Virus record (IMG/VR): IMGVR_UViG_3300027734_003164
Span: 96,001 to 160,000 of that record
Source: a virus
Lineage: Duplodnaviria; Caudoviricetes
DNA: 64,000 nucleotides
Reading direction: 5' to 3' (one strand)
The notes beneath the pieces are model-generated. The model worked only from the letters and a program-made list of their open reading frames with translations, did no database searches and was not told the DNA's origin. The position numbers were made by a program, and so were the translations under genes. Below are positions 46,801 to 55,100 of the stretch, one piece after another (the stretch's first letter is position 1; each line of letters opens with the position of its first letter).

Positions 46801-47411
46801 ATTGTTTGATTGTTATTAATATACCATACAGTATCACCAAAACCACGGTCATTTGTGTTAAGTGGTTTATATAAGTTTGTAACAATTAATTCTTTTTCTT
46901 TTGTATCACCAATTTTTTCTAAATCACTTCCAACAGTTAAAGGGTAACCATATTTACCTTTATTTGTTTCTGTTTGTAAATTTTTGTTAATATCTATGGT
47001 ATTACCGTATGATGTTTCAAATTCTGTTGGTCCGTAAATGTTATTAACATATAATAATTTTTCTTGTCCATCTCCAATTTTTTCTAACTTAGAATTGATT
47101 GAGTTTTTAAAACCATATAAACCAAAATTAGTTTCAACATTAAGGTTAATGTTAATATTGACCATATCTCCATAGGTGGAGTTACTATTATCAGGTCCAT
47201 ATTTATTTTGTTTATATAAATCTTTTTCCTGTATATCACCAATTTTAGAAATTTCTTCAGAGTCTTTTACAGAATAATCTACAATTTGAAATTCTTTGTT
47301 TTGGAAAGATTCGCCAAAAGATGTACCGTCAACACGATATGGTTTAAGATTTCGTGTTAATAATCTTTTTCTAAAGTTTTCAGAAGAGTTAAATGAAAGT
47401 GGACTATCCAT
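40869..47411 (-). CDS. Giant tail-tube initiator-like protein with N-terminal repeats and an OmpA-like domain
   Basis: WFPPYNLSFDES...FIGRPEPIYTYNNTDRTGQISF and PPVLVLRIGDFF...PMFANITLRFKM (tube-like); NQNLSERRNDSV...RRVKI (OmpA-like); 11 N-terminal repeats. Confidence 0.6.
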   Translation of the reverse strand: MDSPLSFNSSENFRKRLLTRNLKPYRVDGTSFGESFQNKEFQIVDYSVKDSEEISKIGDIQEKDLYKQNKYGPDNSNSTYGDMVNININLNVETNFGLYGFKNSINSKLEKIGDGQEKLLYVNNIYGPTEFETSYGNTIDINKNLQTETNKGKYGYPLTVGSDLEKIGDTKEKELIVTNLYKPLNTNDRGFGDTVWYINNNQTILSRGEGEYSISDTINSFLNSIGNQQEILSKVKNAYKNNGNDFGFPVYSINNLIPLITRGNGEYSISDTFNSYLNSIGNQQEIILKVLNVYKNTLNRGFGQPVYQIQNNQVIQTIGSGEYNISDTVNNRLETNGNDREVILRVLNKYAPNESAPGYGTTRYTINNILSLGANEGEYSYDDAIGSDLFTTGIQLRNILYPINQYGPQTVNNQIIFPFTNNQTNPNEGEYGFPDTENSELEIKGETDRPILFAINQYGPQNLPNTTVEINQNLQSNPNEGEYGFPDTENSQLEIKGETDRPILFAINQYGPEQGQSQSTVVPNLNLQTNSNEGNYGFPDTLDSELEIKGENERPFLFSVNQYNPENQPTDSVDINKNLGKLSNEGEYGFPDTKGSGLEVIGFQKEQEAYVRNKYVTGDGDYDVITIDEIIPTSYGSAYAYSLTPLNFIPSTYRPINILLSDNPRGSDGTLSQDSALAGIGARQLKKEYKYRIASELLSQTLGRVNALDSSVDPDSGEISVKPNLNPFDAAGIISGNIPLLARNYTITSPESLVGRALNFTAKIAGLYSPYSIIVGEYFDYPNKRMLNRLVENPVEVVTSTVMGAIRTITGQKNKRGSELFLANTSNATRSLLFGQLFYNNFRPDYRGLTLRRPSLFAPKPNFYGGGNSDDIFSTLISPVNAQPLDKNGEPSGAPVYSVGEIGKYFEGESFQNYKFGLNSRNYIDGTTPLAGGFTWSSKKSYFKTGQLAGPEGKQRFGESSVFTKNYESAFKDTESWKIEENNVWRDGSILDTTQKIVDSADRSGIKKLEHVGTAINQISKVFNDGYVEMTKGSRVIRYTSKNSVGSTDSTIKGYEYCRLFTKDVPFTNYSQLQKTDGNIRNYTYSVLDNTYNLNITPFNDKNGQSSNIINGQVKKYMLSLENLAWRTSNKPGFTVQDLPACERGPNGGRIMWFPPYNLSFDESSSPKFEPTNFIGRPEPIYTYNNTDRTGQISFDIVVDHPSISNILVDQELKDIKPESELKKVMDSFFAGCLKYDIYTLGQRFASLAPQDIQTAIQLIKYPEQATTIVNETPDPEPVKQEIVKTTPPETETKISDPKFQEIFLFFENAQPNDSSGPTTTKDFEYWYNEYASNKTLYDTTKPLNKVFKYSDANKVALNTTTTPTFSLTEYVDTRKQTLSGFFDNILQEFNDLKEFLSEVFKVLDSGGEVTFDLLATASSTNTSGNQNLSERRNDSVLKFIEKFTVNNKTLKSFIDSGKLKIIKKATGSSAAIQDPKYSQIDCTKPFKSQYEEGIYSVQAMACRRVKIEKIVYKPGPPAKSETPPAQVEAAAPNPTAAESTAPKPTPQNQVIDNFKQTPQYKDLAKKILRRLLTECNYFQMVKETNPFIYDTIRSKFQYFNPVFHSITPEGLNSRLTFLQQCVRPGDTIPTVSQNAAGTYSLDYNDAFNSAFGAPPVLVLRIGDFFHTKIIPEDLNIKFENGGNIPLDLNPEGIGVQPMFANITLRFKMIGGHGLAGPIGELQNALSFNYYANTEMYDERATITEDVTSQYDAEYFEALKINPLTTPQQNQQNKIGTTIGKQESSTYDTTLSGFTGVLSYKENMKNFIDITKEYANSVFQNLKNINDKLLIGGILIFTKDRKYQTGYFNNINQPQTNLVKIFGKSQYEDKVDALFSKAKEDVENETSPILASLPLQNFTNISTRKIKRKLKDMIDSRQTTYLSVITEASNNIVKNQVDETKTIDLLDQLNYVCNSFDGYSNDKNEVIVFSLTGTSAVDPSNTTYANTLDELKGDLLIIGSKMSGFNNNLETYSLIPTAQDEVYNDEFDFNTFIDSDPDAISPEENRFFMIFSKEIIDDYTKFLNEVVDTISNNERKTDWFNYLKGNLGFTNTGQEIPTGPYAKYKDSKAFVDARFKSFEDNFLSKEFCSTCSYNLNKDKERKLNFSQVLFPAQTEIDNMKALNASTNSTGDEYNLKVSFN
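45561..47294 (-). repeat. 11 degenerate 52-58-aa coding repeats
   Basis: Consensus GxY..D...S.LE..G...E..L...N.Y.P; 45880-45985 and 46036-46141 are near-identical 106-nt copies, 156 nt apart. Confidence 0.85.
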
Positions 47412-47426
47412 TTATTTGTTTATTTT

Positions 47427-47433
47427 ATAAATA
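47427..47433 (-). promoter_or_regulatory. TATTTAT motif
   Basis: 15 nt upstream of ATG 47411. Confidence 0.55.
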
Positions 47434-47448
47434 GACATAGCTTAATTT

Positions 47449-49521
47449 TTATCCTCTTTTTTGAGTAATAAATGCATTTGATAATTTATCTGAATATTCA
47501 GCACTTAATCTAGTATTGACTGTGGACATAATCGTATCTTTCAATTGAGCGGTATTCAAAACTTCGTTTATTAGATTTTGTGGTATATTTGTGTTAATGT
47601 TCAAAGTAAGTTCAGTTTTACCTCCGATTTCTACTTTTTGAATTATTTCTGTTTTAGTTGGTGAAAATGAAGAAGACTTTGTTAATAAGTCGACTAAATT
47701 TTGTGATGGTTGAGCGGCTGCGTTTTTATATAATAAAGATAAATCTCCTCCCGATTTGGGACCACCAATTGATTTAAAATTGTTTTGAGATTCATTATAT
47801 TTGTTAATAGGACCTCCAATTGATTTTAAAATATTTTCAGATTCATTATATTTGTTAAAAAAATCTCCTATTCCAGGAGAAAGTAATAAATCATCTTTTG
47901 TGTCGCCCAAAAATTGCCCAAAAGAGCCCGAAACCATTTTTCCTCCACCTGCAGGTACAAATGCATCAGATTGTTGAGGTACTGGGGTTGCCGAAGCGGT
48001 GGTTGCTGTGAAACCACCAAGAGATGTATAAACATTCTCTAAGGATGTTGCTGCATATCCCGCTAGTGCCACTGATATAGTTAAAACATTATTTGTAAGA
48101 GTTTTAAGTCCGGTATAAAAATTAGTAAGTTCGGTTGTTACAGTTCCTATCTCTGTAGTTATTTTATTTTTTAAATCAGTAAAAGTCGATTCAGTACCTG
48201 TTCCAGGTAATCCTGTTTGATTTTTCAATGCGGTTAAAACTGTATTACCTAATCCTTGATTTTCTAATGTTTTAATACCTTGTTGTTGAATAGAAATAAG
48301 AGTATTACTCATTTGTGTTTGAATACTTTGAGTTTGTAAAGCAATGTCTTTCATCTCCGTCTGTATTTCAACAGGTGTCTTATTCATATCATCTTGATAT
48401 TTGGCTAAAGCTCCTGCCAATGCATTAGGGTCACTTTTTAATGCCGATTCTAAATCTGCTATATTTCCAAACCCTGGTATATCTAAAGTTACTTTTCCTC
48501 CAGGTCCAATTTCTGCTAAACTCGCAACTAAACTTCTTTGGTCTTCAGTTAACTTTGATAAACCACCAACTCTAGCCCCAATTTCTTGTTCTTTTCTGGC
48601 GTTGATAGCTCCTTTTGCAACTTCTTCATAACTTAAACCTAATATTTTTGCTTGTTGTCTAAGTCTAAGCATTTCTTCACCACCAATTTTAAAATCTCCT
48701 GTAGTTTCATTAAAATCTACCGCAGAAGAGGACGCTTTAATTAATTCGTCCTGAAGTCCTTCAATATCATACATTGCCATACGATATAACTGACCCGGGT
48801 CACCTAACGCACCTATATTACCTCCTAAAGCTTGTAGTTCAGAAGATTTTTTTACCGCATCTTCAAGACCCCCTTCTAAAATATCCTCAGAAACCGCTTG
48901 AGCATTTTTTATATCAAATCCAACCCTTTGAGCTTGAGCGGCCATTTTTGTTAAACCTTCAACACCATTTTTAAACCCGTATATTTGAGCCTTTTGGATA
49001 TTATCAGACACAGTTTTGGTTAATGTTTTAGCATCTAAACCAAAAGCCCTTGCGGTCATTGTGGCTTTGTTTAATACATCTATAGACTTTTTTTGACTGT
49101 TACCATATGCTGTCATTTGACCAATTAACTTAGCAGCTTCTTCAGGAGTTTCCCCAATTACTTTACCTAAAACTAATGCGTTTGTGGCGTTTGCTTGGGT
49201 AAAAGGGACCATCCTTTTCATTTCAGAGGCCATTGATGAAATTAATTTAGACGAGTCGTCAAATGCAAACCCCAACTCAATATTTTCTAAATAAACATCA
49301 GAAATTGTTTTTCTATATATTTCCGCATACTCATAAAGACCAGTGGTTAGTGACTTATTTAAGTCTTTTGCCTTTGCTTCAACCGTTAAAAAATAGTCTT
49401 CAATTCTTTTTACTGAAAACGCCTCTACTGTTGCTTTTTTAATATCGGCTAAATATGAAAATGTACCCTTAGAATCAGTACCAGTTCCAGCAAAAGGGTC
49501 AGTATAACCTAAAAACATCAT
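47449..49521 (-). CDS. Tape measure protein
   Basis: Helical Ala/Gly/Lys-rich 690-aa protein (GFKNGVEGLTKMAAQAQRVG) lying between the chaperone pair and the baseplate genes. Confidence 0.75.
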   Translation of the reverse strand: MMFLGYTDPFAGTGTDSKGTFSYLADIKKATVEAFSVKRIEDYFLTVEAKAKDLNKSLTTGLYEYAEIYRKTISDVYLENIELGFAFDDSSKLISSMASEMKRMVPFTQANATNALVLGKVIGETPEEAAKLIGQMTAYGNSQKKSIDVLNKATMTARAFGLDAKTLTKTVSDNIQKAQIYGFKNGVEGLTKMAAQAQRVGFDIKNAQAVSEDILEGGLEDAVKKSSELQALGGNIGALGDPGQLYRMAMYDIEGLQDELIKASSSAVDFNETTGDFKIGGEEMLRLRQQAKILGLSYEEVAKGAINARKEQEIGARVGGLSKLTEDQRSLVASLAEIGPGGKVTLDIPGFGNIADLESALKSDPNALAGALAKYQDDMNKTPVEIQTEMKDIALQTQSIQTQMSNTLISIQQQGIKTLENQGLGNTVLTALKNQTGLPGTGTESTFTDLKNKITTEIGTVTTELTNFYTGLKTLTNNVLTISVALAGYAATSLENVYTSLGGFTATTASATPVPQQSDAFVPAGGGKMVSGSFGQFLGDTKDDLLLSPGIGDFFNKYNESENILKSIGGPINKYNESQNNFKSIGGPKSGGDLSLLYKNAAAQPSQNLVDLLTKSSSFSPTKTEIIQKVEIGGKTELTLNINTNIPQNLINEVLNTAQLKDTIMSTVNTRLSAEYSDKLSNAFITQKRG

Positions 49522-49534
49522 ATAGTTTTATTTG

Positions 49535-49541
49535 ATAAATA
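49535..49541 (-). promoter_or_regulatory. TATTTAT motif
   Basis: 13 nt upstream of the tape measure gene. Confidence 0.55.
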
Positions 49542-49730
49542 TTATTCTTGTTGTTTTTTATTTTCTTCAATCAACTTATTAATGAAGAACTTTCTTTCAT
49601 ATGTTGGCATACTCATAATGTCTCGATAAGAAAATCTTGCGAACTTGACCAAATAATATATTTCGTCTAAAAGATGTTTTTGATAATCAGAAGAAAGGGC
49701 GAAAAAATTCCACCCCAAAAGCAACATCAA
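49542..49730 (-). CDS. Tail assembly chaperone, second ORF (gpT-like; probably a frameshift extension)
   Basis: FSYRDIMSMPTYERKFFINKLIEE pattern; overlaps the upstream chaperone by 44 nt in the +1 frame. Confidence 0.7.
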   Translation of the reverse strand: MMLLLGWNFFALSSDYQKHLLDEIYYLVKFARFSYRDIMSMPTYERKFFINKLIEENKKQQE

Positions 49731-50439
49731 TAGTCACTTTTTCTCCAGACGGGGTTTGAATTACTTTTTGTAAATCGATTTTTGGTTCACATTTATATGC
49801 AAATCTTCTAAAGTCTTTTGCATCTGATATAGGCATTTGATTAATAAACTTTACAATTTGAAGTGGGTCTTTAGTACCATCAATTTCTACAATTTGTTTT
49901 TCTAATCTTTTGGTTGCAATAGGAACGGTCATGCCGGCCGGATATTGAGAATTAAATTTGTCCAACTCTTTTTGGTCTCCAATCGTCATCAGTCTAAACT
50001 TAACTTCTTTTTTTGATTTTGGTAGTACATATGAGAATAACCCTTCAAAATCAGGTTTTTCTTCAATCGGTTTGTAATCCAACTCATCTAAAAGAACTGT
50101 TGTTTCAAATGTTTTGTTTGTTCTTGGGTCAGTAACTGTGAAGTTATATTCAGGACCAAAAGATGTGTTTCTTAAAAAAATTAAAACTGCTTGAACGTCA
50201 CAATCCAACATATCATTAATGTTAAATCCAGGTTCATATATTTTTTGTCTAAGTAATGAATAAATAATCCCTTCTTTATCGTTATTTTGTGACATCAAAA
50301 TATTTTCATCTTGTGCGGTTAAAAACCCCACTTTAATAGTTTCTTTTTTTGGTTTGTAAAATATACCTTGTGATGGTAATTTTATAACGTCATGTGGCAA
50401 ATTAAAATCCATTTGCCCGTATTTTGCTGATTCGTCCAT
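49687..50439 (-). CDS. Tail/baseplate hub assembly chaperone (gp26-like/gpG-like); likely start ATG at 50439
   Basis: VIKLPSQGIFY, LTAQDENIL, AVLIFLRNTSFG, ends GVEFFRPFF. The track start at 50493 lies inside the terminator hairpin. Confidence 0.75.
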   Translation of the reverse strand: MDESAKYGQMDFNLPHDVIKLPSQGIFYKPKKETIKVGFLTAQDENILMSQNNDKEGIIYSLLRQKIYEPGFNINDMLDCDVQAVLIFLRNTSFGPEYNFTVTDPRTNKTFETTVLLDELDYKPIEEKPDFEGLFSYVLPKSKKEVKFRLMTIGDQKELDKFNSQYPAGMTVPIATKRLEKQIVEIDGTKDPLQIVKFINQMPISDAKDFRRFAYKCEPKIDLQKVIQTPSGEKVTIDVAFGVEFFRPFF

Positions 50440-50485
50440 AGTTTTTATTTTAAAAATATTTTGAATAAAATTATTGTAAATAAAA

Positions 50486-50507
50486 AATCCCATCTAATGA
50501 CGGGATT
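50486..50507 (-). terminator. Intrinsic terminator after tail tube gene
   Basis: AATCCC/GGGATT stem followed by a T-run on the minus strand. Confidence 0.7.
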
Positions 50508-50531
50508 AATTATAATTTTATTTTTAAAATT

Positions 50532-51020
50532 TTAGTAAACTAATATACATCTATCGGGTTGTAATGTCATGTCTACAGTCATAAGGTCTGAGTCACCATA
50601 TCCAACATCATTAAATTTTGCATCCGTTATACTACAATTTTGTAATATCCACTTTTCAACCGCAACTCCTGTTGGGTCTAACATTTCTAAGTTCACATCT
50701 TTTTTGTAACCTGCAGCATAACCCATACGTCCAGTTACTGATTCAGCATGTAAACGAACCCATTCCATTACTGCCTGTGCAGCAGATGGACCAATAGGGT
50801 CTCTTAAAGTTACAGAAATACTTTCCCAATTGAAAAAACCAGCAACATAAGTTTGTGTATTCAAAAATTTAATTTCTTTTGTATCGATTTTAATTGACGG
50901 TCTTGACGCTTTTTCAACATACCATGAATTAATACCCAAACTAGAGTCAAATGTTAGTATAAACCTATTTTTCTTTTTTGGTTCGTACTGAAACGGCATT
51001 CTCATTAATAAATCAGCCAT
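50532..51020 (-). CDS. Tail tube protein (gp19-like)
   Basis: EPKKKNRFIL, ASRPSI, WESISVTLRDP, VMEW, YKKDVNLEMLDPTG.AVEKW.L. Confidence 0.88.
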   Translation of the reverse strand: MADLLMRMPFQYEPKKKNRFILTFDSSLGINSWYVEKASRPSIKIDTKEIKFLNTQTYVAGFFNWESISVTLRDPIGPSAAQAVMEWVRLHAESVTGRMGYAAGYKKDVNLEMLDPTGVAVEKWILQNCSITDAKFNDVGYGDSDLMTVDMTLQPDRCILVY

Positions 51021-51055
51021 GTTTTCTTATTTTTTAATTTTTATTTTATTTTACT

Positions 51056-51062
51056 ATAAATA
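51056..51062 (-). promoter_or_regulatory. TATTTAT motif
   Basis: 35 nt upstream of the tube gene. Confidence 0.55.
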
Positions 51063-51123
51063 CTTACTAAATTATTTTTTGTATTTACTTTCAATTATTT
51101 TAAATTTATTCTATAACTAGAAA

Positions 51124-52014
51124 CTAGTATTTAACTTTATTTCCTCCTTTTGTTAAATATAAGTTTAAAGGTAATTCTTCATACTCACCAGATAATAATT
51201 CTTTAATTTTTTCAACATTTCTTAAATCGTCATCTGAAAAACCAATATAAGGTTCCCAACTTGAATTAAATTCAACATCATTTTTAAACATAGGACTACC
51301 CTCGACCCCGTAACGACTTTTTAATTCACTTGCCAAACTCTTACAATAAGATATAAATTGTTTTAATGCATCAAATTTTGCTTGTTCAGGGTTAGAGGCG
51401 TTTCCCTTTTTAAAAGACACGGGTTCAAATTTACATAAGTCCAAATAGTCATTAAGTTCTGATGGTGACAATGCTTTAACAGTAGTGTCCGCTTTAACTT
51501 TGTTTCCTATTTCTCGATACTTGTATAAATTTCTAGCTAATTCTCTTGAGTCTATTCCGTTTTTATTACTCATTACTAAGTTGTAAACAGCCTCTCTTAA
51601 AGTTTCAGGACTATGCCCTCTAGCGGTAATTATAGAAAAAACCGACCCACCATTTATACATTCCACAAAATCAGACCAAGACGGACCGGGTTTTGCAACC
51701 ATAGAATCAATAATAAATCTTTTGTTTCCAAACTCTTTGAAGTTTTTAAATGCCCCAATAGAAAATGCAACGATTCTTTTACCTTTATACATAAATGGTT
51801 CAAAACCAATTTTTTCTCTGTACTCTGCAAAGTCTTCTGTTGACATGGGTATTTCGTTTTCGTCTTCATCCATAACCAAAATAGAAGTTGGCATGAATAA
51901 AATATTATCATCCCAATCAAATGCATAATATTTTAAGTCAGGTCTACCAACATCATCAAATCCTTCGTTCAATCTTTGTTGAACAAATTTTCTAACATAC
52001 CCTTTAATATCCAT
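51124..52014 (-). CDS. HAD-superfamily phosphatase-like protein
   Basis: YAFDWDDN (motif I), IITARGH (motif II), GFSDDD (motif IV). Confidence 0.65.
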   Translation of the reverse strand: MDIKGYVRKFVQQRLNEGFDDVGRPDLKYYAFDWDDNILFMPTSILVMDEDENEIPMSTEDFAEYREKIGFEPFMYKGKRIVAFSIGAFKNFKEFGNKRFIIDSMVAKPGPSWSDFVECINGGSVFSIITARGHSPETLREAVYNLVMSNKNGIDSRELARNLYKYREIGNKVKADTTVKALSPSELNDYLDLCKFEPVSFKKGNASNPEQAKFDALKQFISYCKSLASELKSRYGVEGSPMFKNDVEFNSSWEPYIGFSDDDLRNVEKIKELLSGEYEELPLNLYLTKGGNKVKY

Positions 52015-52151
52015 TATTTTTGAAGTTTTTCTAAAAGTTTTTCTAACTGAGATTCAGTTAAAACTACATTTTGTTTTTTTGTGGAATAAGTTTTGTCCGA
52101 CCAATCTTTGATTCCAACTGACTCTTTAATAACTTTCTTTTTAATTTTCAT
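52014..52151 (-). CDS. Small 45-aa protein (below the track cutoff)
   Basis: MKIKKKVIKESVGIKDWSDKTYSTKKQNVVLTESQLEKLLEKLQK; TAATG-coupled to the HAD gene. Confidence 0.65.
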   Translation of the reverse strand: MKIKKKVIKESVGIKDWSDKTYSTKKQNVVLTESQLEKLLEKLQK

Positions 52152-52173
52152 TTTATTTATATTTTAAAAATAA

Positions 52174-52193
52174 GTGGGGGAGTGACCCCCCAC
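52174..52193 (-). terminator. Intrinsic terminator after tail sheath gene
   Basis: GTGGGGG/CCCCCAC stem followed by TTATTTTT on the minus strand. Confidence 0.8.
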
Positions 52194-52198
52194 ATTTA

Positions 52199-55100
52199 TT
52201 ATACGTTGTCAAATGATGCTCCTGTTGGTGTAATAACAAACTCGATGTCAATGTATTCTAACGCTCTTGTTGGTTTCAAGTAAATCTTACCTGTAAGAGT
52301 GTTTGAGTCTAAATCTTCAGGTGTATTTGAAACTGTAACTCTAAAGTCAATTAAACCTCGGTCTCTTCTAATTGAATCCAAAATTGGATTTACTGAATCT
52401 AAGAAGTCTTGTCTTACTTTGTCATCATTTTGTTCAAATAACAATCTAATCGCCACTGCTGAAATTAACTTACGAGCTTGTAGTAATAATCTTCTAACAT
52501 TGATTCTGTCAAGTGCAGATTCTCTAATTTGTAGAGTTTTATTACCCCAAATTACTGTACCAACATCATTGAAAGTTGCAATTGGGTTGATTCTACCTTT
52601 ATATAATGTGTCTCTATCTTCTTGTGTCAACTTACGTCTCGCTCTAATTGCGTTTACAAGACCTCTCGTGTAACCCGCCGATGCGAACCAAGGGAATGCG
52701 ATGTTGTCTGTCAACGCTAAGTTTTTAGTAACTTCAGCCGTAGGTGGAAGATAAATTTGAGTGTTATTAACAGTATCTCTTGTTAATACCCAAGGATAAT
52801 AAGTAGCTGTGTAGTTAGAGTCAATACCTATATTTTCTAAGTTGTCAACCGCCTGTTGAGGATAAATTAACCCCTCTTCTATATTTTGGTAAGAAGGTAA
52901 GAATAAGTTAAAGTCAGGTGTAGTACAGATGTAAATTGAATCTGCTCTATCTTCCTCAATCAAATTAACCGCATCTTCAACTAAGTTACTGTTGTTTACA
53001 TAGTCAATTCCTGGTGTAACAAACACATTTATATTTGTAGATTCAGGATTAGAGAATGTTGATTGACCCCATTTGTAAGCGTAGTAGTCAGTGTTTGCCC
53101 AAGTCTCTTGGTTTGGTCCTGAAATTTGTTTGAACGCTCCCCAACCTGATGCTGTAGGATACGTTGCGGAAGCTGCTGCTCCTTGTTTGTATCCTGTCTG
53201 ACCTAACGCGAATGTATCTGCGTTTGTTCTTGACGCTCTATAAATATCCCAACCATCAAATCCGCCATAAGCATATAAAGTATATTTTCTCGTATTTAAG
53301 TTGTAATAAGGATTATCACTGTCTAAAGGTTCGCTCGAGAATGAACCTGCACCCACTTCAAACGCTGACTGACCTGAAGTAGCATAAGCGTTAGAAATAG
53401 TTACAATAGTAGCACCACTATCTAAGTGGAACCCTTTTGTTATATAACCCCAATCAGGACCTGTAGTATCAGTTGCGATATTTGTAGGAAGTTGTTTACC
53501 TTTGTATTCAAAGAAATCATAATCAACTCCTGTGATATTAGAAATACCTAAGTACGCTCTTCTAACATTTTCACCTGATGAAATTCTAATATTATCACCA
53601 CCGTTTGCAGAACCAAAAGGAGGATTGTCAATTTCATCACCCGCCTTTAAATATCTTGTTTTGTATATAACAAATGGAGGTGTTGCATTTGAGTATTCTC
53701 TCATGATGTAACCTTCAAACCCACAAGGAAGTGCGTCTGTTGGTGCTTCATCAGCCATTTCAATCATTAAGTATTTAGATTTTACTTGATATTCACCGTT
53801 AGAAGTACCAATTTTATTTGCTATAAAGTTATTTTGTGAAGGGTCTAATGAACAGTTTGTAAAACTTTCTATTACTCTTACGTTTTGGTCAGTATCATAA
53901 AAGTCTCTAACAAACACGTCAAAAGTATTGTTAGTGAAAGATACATTACCTATTGATATTTTTACAAGTCTATTAGCTGCGTTACCATCAGAAATCAATA
54001 CAAATTTAAATAACTTATAAACCAAATTACCTCTTAGTTCAGACACTAAGTAAGGTGTTTTAGGTGTTTGATATTGTTCTAAATAGAAACCAATAGTTTC
54101 AGTATTTAATGATTCGGCACTATCTAATTCAATTAAATCACAATACAAACCTCTAATTTTACTATTGTTATATCCCGAATTTAATAAACTTGGGTAAATT
54201 TCCTCAACAAAAATTGGAACTTCGTTTCTATCTTTTGCAAAATTTGATTTACCAAATAAACTTGACATGTAGTTAGAATTTGTAGACAACATTGAAGTTT
54301 CAAAACTAAATGTTTCAGAATCATATGTAATACCTGATATTACAAAAGTAGAATATGGGTCACTTGTAACTGCCGAATATGTACCAGTACATACCATTTG
54401 AACATTACTTGTTCCTGTAACCCAATATTGTGGTCCGTGTTGTGTTGAAGAATAAGAAGTAAGACCTCTTGAACGTAGTGTTGATACAACTAAATCATCC
54501 CATTCACTATAAGGTGAACCTGAATAGAATGTCATACCAATATTACATCTTCCTGAGAACACGCCTCCACCAAGAGATGACATTGCTCCGATTGAAGCCC
54601 CTAAACCGTATCCATAATATGAACCAACACTTTGAATTTTGTTATAATCAAATAATGCGTAGTACCACGTGTCATTTGTTCCCGCCGAAAGATTAGCTAA
54701 AGATAAATTAACATTATTAACTCCGAATGTTTCAGAAGTTGCAGTTACAGTATTTACTGAAGACCCTGAAACATATGTTAATGTATTTGCACTTAGAGTA
54801 CCCCAATAAATCGCAGTTTTTCCTGAAGTAGATGCACTCACACTAAAGCTATTAACGTTAGTAGAAATAAAGTTTTGAAAATCAGCATTTAATGTTGAAG
54901 TTCCTCCGTTATAAGTTGTGTATGTCCTATTAAAATCGGCACTTAATTGTGATGGAACAGATGTGATTGTTATGTTTGAACTTGTACCTGTAGTTCCTGT
55001 AAAGTTTAATGTAATACCTGTTGTGTTTCCTGTTGCCCTTATTGTTGCGGGATTTGGATTTGCAATAGTAACAACTGACCAAGACGGACCAGCATCGTAA

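Noticed and set aside
50440-50493. Track start for the chaperone ORF at 50493
   Set aside because: It lies within the terminator hairpin of the tube gene; the ATG at 50439 (MDESAKYG) is more plausible.
52154-52160. TATAAATA in T4 late-promoter orientation before the 45-aa ORF
   Set aside because: It is a single instance in the opposite orientation to the 16 others and is compatible with chance in AT-rich DNA.
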